From assembly GCA_013115145.1 (NCBI GenBank), contig JAAPAO010000077.1, forward strand, positions 25,057 through 89,056: 64,000 bases of DNA, written 5' to 3'. A program made the position numbers and the translations under genes. This DNA is from Perkinsus chesapeaki ATCC PRA-425. Lineage: Eukaryota > Protista > Perkinsozoa. Below are positions 48,553-59,100 of this stretch, piece by piece (positions within the stretch are counted from its first letter, which is position 1; every line of letters starts with the position of its first letter). The notes beneath the pieces were generated by a model. That model had not been told where the DNA came from. It saw nothing but the letters and a program-made list of their open reading frames with translations, and did not search any database.

Positions 48553-49186
48553 ATACCGTGTAAGGGCTGCAAGACGCGCCAGGCGCGTTGTGCCTTCGAT
48601 AGCGCGCGCTGAAAAGGCCACTGAACTGCACGAGAAAGACCCGTTTGGGCGCCTTTTAACTACTAACTTGGGGCGCCTATTAACTACCCGAAGTTATAGT
48701 AAGCCTCTCGAAATATCGGAACCTACGATCGATATAAGACCATCGTTTCTAGGAGCGAATTACACTTGACAAAATGTGTCACGTTTGAAATGTAACGTAA
48801 TATTGTGAAAAATCGGTATTGGCTTACTGAACAACACTTTGTCAAATTGAAACACAGTGTTCCGAACACTCAGCCACTCACGAGAAGAGACGAAGTTCGA
48901 ATAAAGGGCTGGGCCATTTCAAACTCAACGATTATGAATGCCCCGCGCAGAGTCTGCGAGAGTTCGAGTCGCATAGCATGCGGCGCAGACTTCGACTCTC
49001 AGTCCGAGACTAGGATGCTTAGTTACTGGTAACCAGTATCTGGTTGGTGTTCCTCTACCACCAGCCGCGCTGCGCGGCCCGCGTATTTGTGAATCTCGCT
49101 CGCCTTAATACACCAATCCGCGACCGCGCGGTCGCGCAAATGCAACGAACTCTCTAACTCGCAGTAGTTTTACTGAATAACAAGTA

Positions 49187-49618
49187 ATGACTATGACTCT
49201 CATCCATATTTTCTGCCTGGTTTACACCGTGACCGGAGGAATTTTCGACTCCGTGGTGCTCGACCCCTTGCCGGCCGTGGAAGCTACGACTACCCCTCCC
49301 GGGCTCTTTGGTAATATTGTTCTGGACCCGACGTGGGAGACAGATACTACCGAAGAGCTATTCGCTGGTATTGTTCTCGACCCTATCCAAAAGGTCGATG
49401 AATCTACCAGCATGGAGGGACCCAAGGTGACGGCCACGACAACTCTTGCGCCCTCTATGGCACAAGGTGGTCCCGGTTCACCGGTCGATTGGGCAGCATT
49501 AGATAGCAAGATGACCGCGCTTTTGGTCATTGCCTCTCTATTGCTGGTAGTCTGCGTAGCTTCCATGTGCTTGATCATCAGAGGGATCGCTAGATGGAGG
49601 ACAGTTCAGGTGAGGTAA
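49187..49618 (+). CDS. Small secreted/type I membrane protein with 3 F-x-x-(I/V)-VLDP repeats, copy 2
   Basis: Paralog of 47538-47918 with one extra repeat (FGNIVLDP). Confidence 0.7.
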   Translation: MTMTLIHIFCLVYTVTGGIFDSVVLDPLPAVEATTTPPGLFGNIVLDPTWETDTTEELFAGIVLDPIQKVDESTSMEGPKVTATTTLAPSMAQGGPGSPVDWAALDSKMTALLVIASLLLVVCVASMCLIIRGIARWRTVQVR

Positions 49619-50787
49619 ATAGAGTTTGATAAGCAAGAGTAGTGATGTCAGGACTCCGATCAAAGCTCGAACCCGAAGGTTGACATAACCACGGACACTC
49701 CTCAAGCAGAATGTAAGAGATTTCCTCGAGCCCGGACTGGACTTTAATTATTTCCCTTCCCAGACGCTACTGAGCACTCCTTAGACGCAATTGTCTGAGC
49801 TTCGAGCTACGGAAGCTAAATTAGCTTAGCTAATGCGTAATTAAGGATACAACATGGAGTAGTATGATGCCGTAAATTGATATTATGTACGATGAATGTA
49901 TGTTGTGTGACAGTTCGGTGGGGAATCGTTCTCGGGAATACGGGCTCTGGTCAGCTACCAAACTCATGATCAAATTCATCTATGATCACCACTCATCCGC
50001 CGATTTTACGGTCACATGCTCGGATTACTGCTGAATCAGCAGTGCTGATGATTATTGTATTTGATGTGTTTTAGTGCAGCGGTTTTGCCATTAACCGAAT
50101 CCAGCCGTTGATAAAGAACCATATCTTAACCTCTGGCCACACACATTTATATTGCAAGTCAGAAGGCCGTTCTGTTTATCTCGTGAGATACATTATCAGT
50201 ATGAGGTGCGAATTCACGACTAACTACACGAAGCTCGGCTCGCCAAGTTAGTGGCACCAACTGTAGTTGCATGATTCACTTTTGACAAGTCGACGTTGCA
50301 ACAAGGGACCAAAGCTCCCTTCGAATACCATACTGAACGTTTTCCGCGTCGATATGATAGATATATGTAACAGACATGAGCAACGCTGAGCATGTCTTGA
50401 TTAATGAAGAGAAAATACATGCCGACGACCAAAGTCCGTTGTTAAATCAGGCAGCCTCGGTTCTTTGAAAGAACTTCTAAGTTTCATGAGAAAAGATGTT
50501 CAATTTGGACCAGAGGAGTTTTTTAATTTTGAAAAAAGCATCTCAAGTGCATGAAGAATCGTTCAGAAAGCGAACCTGATTTCCTGCTTTAACATCGACT
50601 TTGGAACAGCGAGGATCAGCGGAATATGTGGAACGCTGATGCGATCCCGAGCCGCATCATACATCGAACATCGACGGATCCCCTTCTCTATGACCCCATC
50701 CGGTCTGTTCCGCGAAATGGTGCGCAGAGCTAGTCAAAATCGCAAGAGCTGCCCGTGCTCACGCAAACCAATAGATTTTCGATCCTC

Positions 50788-52844
50788 TTAGCTAATCAAG
50801 GAGGTCACGCTTTTGTGACCATTCTTGACCGGACTCTTGATCACTGCTCTCATATAGTACACCAGGATTCTGTTCTCAGAACACCACTGGATTTTCGGCT
50901 TACTAGTTATCGAGAATTCATAAGATGAATTTGAGTTACATCTCAATTTTGCACATGAATTCAAGTTCATTTTCGTTAGGGAAGTATATGATCATGACTT
51001 CTGTTACCATTCGTAAGAAATGTGACATTATGTTACTTACATTTAAAATCCTTATACCGCAATGTTTCACCAACAAAATGAAAACAGTAGTGCAAATAGG
51101 ACGATTATTATCAATTTTTCACCAACAGGAAGAAGAGTGCATTACAGCATTCGAGGGGTTCAGTATTGAAGTTGCCAGTTAACGCAAGATTCCCAAGTTG
51201 TACACAACAGGTTTATTCACGTGTCGATCTTAATAAATGATATTGATAAATATTTGAGTTGTTCAAAATCGATTCGCTCCTTGAGTTGCTAGCGGTTTCG
51301 GTGTATACTTCGTTCAGTAAGTGCACATGAAGCTTTCTCAAAAGTCGCCAACCGTATACATATGCTTTAATCACTTTATCCCCGACAACACGAACAGTGA
51401 TGTTGAGCATTTTTTCGACGTCGTTATTGATGAGACCGTTCCGATAAGAACCCGTAAAGAAAAAGGTCCTGCAAGAGTCTTTGAGGCTCTCCTCAGTGAG
51501 GTTTTCCAACATCTCCTGCGGTATGCGAGCTCGATTGCGCGATTCAATAGACCGCAGAGCAGACGTATCCAACTTGGGGCTCAGAATCGACCCTGCAAGC
51601 GAATGATATAAAACATGAAAAAGTAACGCACTAAAGTTTCCTGAATCACAGGTACTGGCTTGTGGCCAGCAAGACGCGGCGAAATCGCAAACGTGTTTAC
51701 ATGATATTTCAGAGTTTCACTCGGAGATTTCGAATCCAAGTGGATCATCCTGAAGAGTTTACGCGAGCAAGTTCGTACAACTGGGGATAGCGATTGCTCA
51801 CTCTGCAGTTGGCCAATAGGATTTGAACTCGACGGAAGATATTTCTAACCCTTCAGAGGGACTTTTCATTACCAGATTCACCCTGTACCACGCTGGTCGC
51901 TGCAAAGGGTAAAAACGATATGGATAACTGATCGTTAACCGCCGTGACTTACGAAATCCCCATACTCCATATCATGGAGATTGCCCATATTGTCAAGAAA
52001 TCTGTATCCCTCCTCAACCGTGCCTTCTATTGAACATGTCATAATAGTCCCTCTCTCCATTCCTCACTGCTTGCAAATATTGGTCGATAACCATTTCCAT
52101 TGGCGAATGGGCCAAAGACTTAACACCATCAATCAGTTTATCGCTGGGTTTGACGGGTACGAAAGGTATGTTCCGTAAAACATCTTGGTTCAGCAGCGAC
52201 ACATGATGGTATTGAATTGATGGCTTTGTCTCTATTGTGGCAGGTTCACGGTACCTGCAAAGTAACAGCTTGACAAAGAAATCATGTTACCTGATCAGTT
52301 GCCCTTCAAACAAAAACATGTGACTCCAAACTCACAGCCTTCAACGCGTACGACTCACTTTTTGTCGTAGAATCCGGTGTATGAAATATTAGTGTAATGC
52401 ATACTCTTATCATCATTTTTCACATACCCGATTTCATACTGAAGCACATTGCCAGGATAATTGTCGTTAGCCGCCTGACAGCTTACTCTGCCGAATCCTT
52501 GGCTATGACGGGAGACAAACTCCCTTCTGTAATGCTTCGCAGACTAAACGATAACGAACAAAGATGTCCCACAGGCAAGTGAAGATGCACAGCAGACTCA
52601 CCTGTGTCCCCCCTGAACCGCTTTTTAAGAGTACAGAGCCACTCCTGGATGACAGGAGTGTGACACTGATGTACATAAGTTTCTTTGATTTCGCCAACAT
52701 ATTCAACCACAGAACGGACAAACAAGATACTGTTAAATTCGATTCTTTGTCAGCATTAACTTCCCAAAATCCAGCAAAAATGCAGTCTCGTTTTCTTTTT
52801 AATTCCGCGCACGAGGGCGTCCGAAAAGTAGCTTTAAAAGACAT
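50788..52844 (-). CDS. Hypothetical spliced protein(s)
   Basis: Several minus-strand ORF segments with plausible splice sites (e.g. 51213-51572, 52014-52202). No family recognised. Confidence 0.3.
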
Positions 52845-53147
52845 GTCTCGTCACTGGTGATCCACCGGAGCAGTAGAGCCGCGGCAGGTTGAAATGCCTT
52901 ATGGTGCACGCCTCGAACAGTAATGATAGCCGGCAGAAGCCTACTTCATAGGTCTCAATCGAAGTCACATGCACGAAACTCGCGAAATGTGTGAGTTACA
53001 TTTTAAGTTCATTATCGATCAGTAGGGTTCTCGGGCGCTAACTACCACAGGCTGACACTCAACTCGACATTAGGCAAGCGTGACAATTAGTGCAACAACA
53101 ACAAGTTGACCATGATAACATGATGATGACGATGCTCATCACGATTC

Positions 53148-56100
53148 TCACTCACTCAATGCAACTGCTGCTCTCATACGATACTTATTAGCATTTGTTA
53201 TCAAATGTCTCACGGAATGATGTCTAATTCCAGATCTCTTCGACGCCTTATTATCAACACCAATCAATCCGCTACCATCCCCACGTCCTGCCACTGAGAT
53301 GTCATCATCATCATCATCATCGCCCTCACTCGCCGAGAGCCTCTGTACACTAGTTGGGGTATTATTCCCGTTGGTTGTTTGCTCCGTCAGTATTCTAGAG
53401 CCATCTTGATGGGCAGCGGTACTTAGTCTGGTTTCCCTTGGCCGATTCGCACTATTCATTACGGTCGGTCTACCAGGAAGCGTTCCAACATCAACTGGAG
53501 TATCATGGGCACTGTCCTTCCAGAACGCTACGAACTGCGTCAGCGCGGCGATATCATCAAAGGTGAGAGTGACCTCGACAGGCTCCAGTGCGGCAGGATT
53601 GGCGAGATGGATGGCGTGATGATGCGGACAAGCTGGAAGTTCTCCTTCTTGGCATTTAACTTTCAATACGAGGCCGTCCACGGCGACCAATGAGTGTCGA
53701 CCACATTTATAAGCTACTGGATGATACCGTCGAACATCGAAGGCTTCCAATGGCCCGGCGACCAAATCAGGGCGAAGAACCTGAGCGACAGAGATAGACG
53801 CTTTCAAGAAAAATAGGGTACCTCAATGACATGATCCTCGACTGTGTTGCTGTCACCAGCTATGAGAAGTGCGACTCTCTTCAACGGATGCTCTTCCTCT
53901 TTACCCATGTAAACGTTAGCGCCGATGGTGATATGAGTCACGTGATGGGTGATGGCCGAATCAAGAATGATCTGAACCAATAATGACACAATTTCGGGGA
54001 CAGCATCATGTTCACCTCGGAGAGTCTGTGACCTGCGATCATTGAAGCCGCCATGGCCACCATTCGATCATCATATCGAACAGCGATCAAAGGATTGCTG
54101 GAGAAAGTGACTCGAGCCTCTCCTTGCGGGGCGTAGACGACAGGAGCTCTCGCTGGGCAGTTGCATGTGTGATCCTGGCAGTAGTTGAATACTTGCGGCG
54201 AGCGAGAGCGGAAGGGCTTACGTTCACATGTATGACCGGAAGGGAGTTCTGTACAGTCATTTGAGGTGCTGGTTTAGTGAACTTTGAGGCGTAGTAAGAA
54301 TCAACCTGACAATACTTCTGCCAATTAAAGAATTACAACATCTCAGCACCTTAGCATTGACGACTCTCCCCCATCGAACAAGGAAACCAACAGCAGCGTA
54401 AGGGTCGTCGAAATAGACTGTCAACTTTGGCTCCCTGTTGGGCTGCGTTGACGAATCGATGAAGTGTGAAGGACACGGCACTGTCAAGGCGAACTCGAGC
54501 TCCTTGGTCTGCTGAATGGTAGCATCAGCCTTGTCGCAGATGAAGTATCCAGGCGTATCTTTCATCTGCAAGAAATACCAGCTTCGAGCTCACCGGCTAA
54601 AGTGTTCAATCCACGAACCTGTAGATAATATTTTGATCTGTCCTGCTCCATAGTGGCAGCGATTGCCGGACCGAGATCGGAGGATCCTCTCAGAACCCGT
54701 GTCGAGTGCGACATGATCTCAGGCCCGAGCCCAACCTGATTGATTGAATATAGTCCAGAAGGCTATCACAAAACAAATCCCGTTGCCACGAGTGATCTCC
54801 AAAAGCATCCTCAACGGAGAGGTAATTTTTTGACTATGAAATGGAGGCGAACGACAAGTGAAGTAGACTGGAATGTCGTACAGCACTGTTGAGATATAAC
54901 CGATAGATATGATAGGTACCATACATGATAGATTATAGTGTGATTCTATCCTATCTTCGCTATTATCACAGCGATGAAAGATATGTCTCCACAACTGTAC
55001 CCTAGCACTGGTTGTAAGTAGATATAGAGCCTTTATAAGCCTGCTTTTGTGAACTATATAAGATCTCTACTTCTAAGTTTATGAGTGACCCGAAACCGAG
55101 TAGTGTTCTGAATAACTCGACAACTGACATACACCTGCTGCCTTTCAGTACACCAATTAATCTACCAAAACCACTCTTTCAACAGCGCCATTCTAATCTC
55201 TACAAACGACATAATACACTACTACAGTAATTCACAAACACATTGTCAGTAATGAGCTGAATCATATCATTCAGCTTCTTGAGACGAGCCATAAAAATTT
55301 GATGCCAATTTTTTGCCTTTTCTGGCAATTCTAATCTTCATACATTTCAAACTACGAAGGGTGACTTCCCCAGACAAACTACTTACCGTTCGTTTGGAGA
55401 ATCCTCCCCATTGAATGGCAAACGATACAGCAGCTGACTCTGGGCATTCCAGCTTAACGAAAGCCTTGCTTGTCTCATCGAAATCACAAAGAGCTCTGAC
55501 TGTTGCCACCGCGGGAGCACCAGCATCTTCGGGGATCTCCACGGCAGTTATGACTCGTTCACACTGGTAGTCGAAGACTGATGGCTCGTAACGATAAGGT
55601 GTCACTTGGAAGGTGAGCTGAAAAAAAACTGCTGTCGGCGGGGACCTCAATTCTCAGGTAGATTTGTCGTCATTCCTCAAACGACTCTACATAGGCAATT
55701 CAAACGGGAAAGGTACTATCGTGGCAAGGAGATTTTCCCGAGTTCTATGATCAACAGATTCGTTGAAACTCACTTTGAGCTCTCGCTTGGTCATGTAATT
55801 ATCGTTCTTATTTCCGGGCTTGAATGTAGCGCCCTTCAGTGATGCCGATAATAAAGTGTGAAGGTTATCAATACGTTGGACTGTCACCTTCTGACAAGCC
55901 TTCACCAAATCGTGAGAGATATCCAACTGAAACAAGGCATAAAACATACAAGTCAACAGTGCCCTACTCCGCTGTTATCCGAGTCACCCCAACCATAAGC
56001 GAGGTGCTGCGCCCAAATTGAGCCGTCACAGTGAATCTCGTGACGCTCTTTGAACTCCGATCCACAGTATGCCACAACAATATGGTCCTTCTCGCCTGCG

Positions 56101-59100
56101 TTGATGATAGGCGTTGTCACTGGTGCGCACGACAGAGGATTGGAGGCATCGAGCTGAAGAGTTGGAAATCTCGAAGGTTTTATTCAACCTGACTTACCGG
56201 CAGCTCACGTTGATTGACCACTCGAGATGCACCAAGAGGACCTCCGCAGTGCTTCATTATCGGGTCATCGATTCTCACCTGCTCGAAAATCGTAACGCTA
56301 TCGCCGGTTGCTGCTGAGACCTACTCTAGCGTCTTTCTTGCCACCCCACCAGATGGCAACATGGAGTGTGCTTTCAACACCACCACAGTCCAAATGCTCC
56401 GCAATCGAGCAGTCTTCTCCAGCTGGGCAATTTTCGATGACGTAGTCGACGTCGATCCAAAAGAACCAGTCACGGTAAACAGGGTCGTGGTCCATTTCGC
56501 GAACAGGTTTTCTAAGATTTGGTACGCGAACGGGCTCCTAAAAAGATACTCTTTGATCTCAGGTTTTCGGGGCGGAGCCTCACCGATGTGGTCACGCCCA
56601 TCTCGAGGAAGCTCGGAAGTTGGTCGAAAGCCGGCAAGGATGGTATCGTCTCAGCGTTACGATTTCTGTCATCCTCAGGAGGGCGATCGAAAACCTAAAA
56701 GATACTTAATGATTAATAATAATTACACATTAACTCACTCTGCTGATCTTTGTAGTGTCACGTCCGAATCGATCATGATGATGACGGTCACCTCTTTCAT
56801 AAGGTCTAGCGGGTCCGTGAGAGACCGACGTCTGCGCCACAAACACATCAACATCGTCGAGCTCTAACAGGCAGCACTCACCCTAACGTTGACGTTGGGG
56901 TAATAACCGCCGCCACTGGGATGGGGATACCCAGGAGCTCTGATGCTGGTCTGAAAACGGAAGTCCATCACCGATTCGGTGCCAATACTGAGGAGATGAG
57001 TCCTCTCGGTTTAAGTTGCACATAAAATGGACATAAGTTGGACTAAACCATTTTGCCCGTTGGAAACACACAGACTCAGACGTGGACTCACTTTTATTGT
57101 AGTTCGGAATCCAGGCCAACCGACATGTCTCCGTCCACTTTGACCATTGGCAGTAGGAACCTGAAGGCATCATCATCATCATCCAAGATCTACTTAGGTA
57201 GTTCCATCCATACCGGAGAGGTCGGCACTGGGACCGTTGGCGATGAGGCAGTCGGTACTGGTCGAGTGGGTCGAGGCGCAGCAGTTGCCTGAAGGAAAAT
57301 CGTCTGGTAGCTTTATGCCGCCGACGAGCTCACTGTGCTGCTATCTCGGTCACCAGAGTTGCGGAATCCTCCATAATTCGCTCGCTCAGAGCTGACGAAT
57401 CCAGGACGCCGAGGGGATGGTGAGCTGGTTGGGACCTACAGCACTCGAGATGGCAGCCAAATTTCACGCTTCTCCGTTACCTCGATTTCCGGCTCTTCAG
57501 TGGTGTAATCGGATGGCCAAGTGAGATAACGTAGCCCTTCAGTGCCGTCAATCTCAATTTCTATTGTTGCTGTCAACGGACTCATACCATTCCTGTTCTT
57601 GCACTTGGTCACTTCAGGGACGGCAATCTGAAGCAGAAGCATCGATGAAGCACTTTACAACTACCAACGCACCTCGCGGGTTGGGAAGCCCATAAAGGTG
57701 TTCACGTCCACAGCATCGCCGGGCTCCATGCAGTCCACCGTGGCCTCCTTAAAGCAGTCCAAAACGAAGCGGTAGATCGCTGTGGTGGCGCCTTTATTGA
57801 CCACCAAAACAGGTGGAGTGTCGGCAGTTGACTTGCATACCTCCGAAGTGCCGTCGCCAAACTACCACAAGAAGAGAGTGAAGTGATACATTTCAAAACA
57901 TATCACACTTCACTACTTCTACCCATATGATACTTCTAAATTTTGTCACTAAAGAATTTCCAGTTTCTAGAGCGGCAAAAGATCCTCTGCCGTTGCTATT
58001 ATTTCTTCATAATTATAGCTCATCTGGAGCTGCTGTTTTAAATACACATTTTTATTACATTTACTTTATATTCATATTACGAATACAGGTGCGGGGTTTT
58101 CTGGATGCTCCCTTAGAGTGAATCAATGCTAATCAGGAAGCCATCTAGGCTCACATAAATGACATGATCCTGTGGAATCTAGAAATGCACTAATGCGAAG
58201 TTTCAGTGGGGATTTCGCTAGAAAGGACAGTCGCAGATAAAAAGGGAATGTCAAATGCGGACACTTGATCTTCCTCTTTCTGGTGTTAGTATAAGTGATA
58301 TAATAAAGTGGACATGAGGGCTCCCGATTTCCACAGGGCGGAATCATCGAAGATCAGTAATAATAAAACAAGTCTTACCTGCAACATTTTAGCTTTATGG
58401 ACTCGATCAAAAAGAACCGCAGTGATGTCTTCATAATCTTCCTTGCCGTCACGCTTCACTTTACAGGTGTCGAACTTCGATGGGTCGAGGGAGAGCTGAA
58501 AGACATACCAATGTGGCCACTGCTTTCGAGAGGGTCGTTTGGTGTGCGAGATGTCCGGGGCCCGAGCATCGGCTTCACTTCCCAGCGAAACCGATTGGAT
58601 TCAGATACGGTGGCGTTTAGTGGAGCTCTTACACATATGCTATATCATACAATGGCTGTGTGGTCTAGTGGTATGATTCTCGCTTAGGGTGCGAGAGGTC
58701 CCGAGTTCAATTCTCGGCACAGCCCTTCATCCACCCACGATCTTTCCCCACCTACCACTGCACTAGCATTATATCCTCCCCAGTTCTTAGCAAACTCATC
58801 AGAGCTGTCTCCATCATCATTGCATTCAATCATCACGTCACCCTCCACACCGTCACACTTGGTTCTCATCATTATGGCATCTTTGGCCATTATCAGAGGA
58901 TCTTTTATACCATAGTCGCATCGGTACATGTCACTTGTCTGAATGGGAAGCTCACAGGGATCAAGCGAGCAGCTGGGCAACAGCCTCACCATAAGATATC
59001 TACTCGTCACTTCTCCATTCATATCGGCAGTAATCCACGCTTCAACCAAAGCAGCGCCCTTCAAGTTACGGACATCCTTGCATTCTCCGACAACCGTGGA

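Larger units (their letters stand above)
47430..49945 (+). repeat. Local duplication: two diverged ~0.85-kb copies (~47430-48260 and ~49075-49945) separated by a unique spacer
   Basis: Homologous upstream GC-rich leader, CDS and 3' flank (e.g. GACGCAAT(C/T)GTCTGAGC, GTAATTAA(A/G)GATACAACATG). Confidence 0.85.

Noticed and set aside
51819-51830. GAGTTCAAATCC B-box-like on the minus strand
   Set aside because: No tRNA spacing to an A+T-run and unclear gene context.
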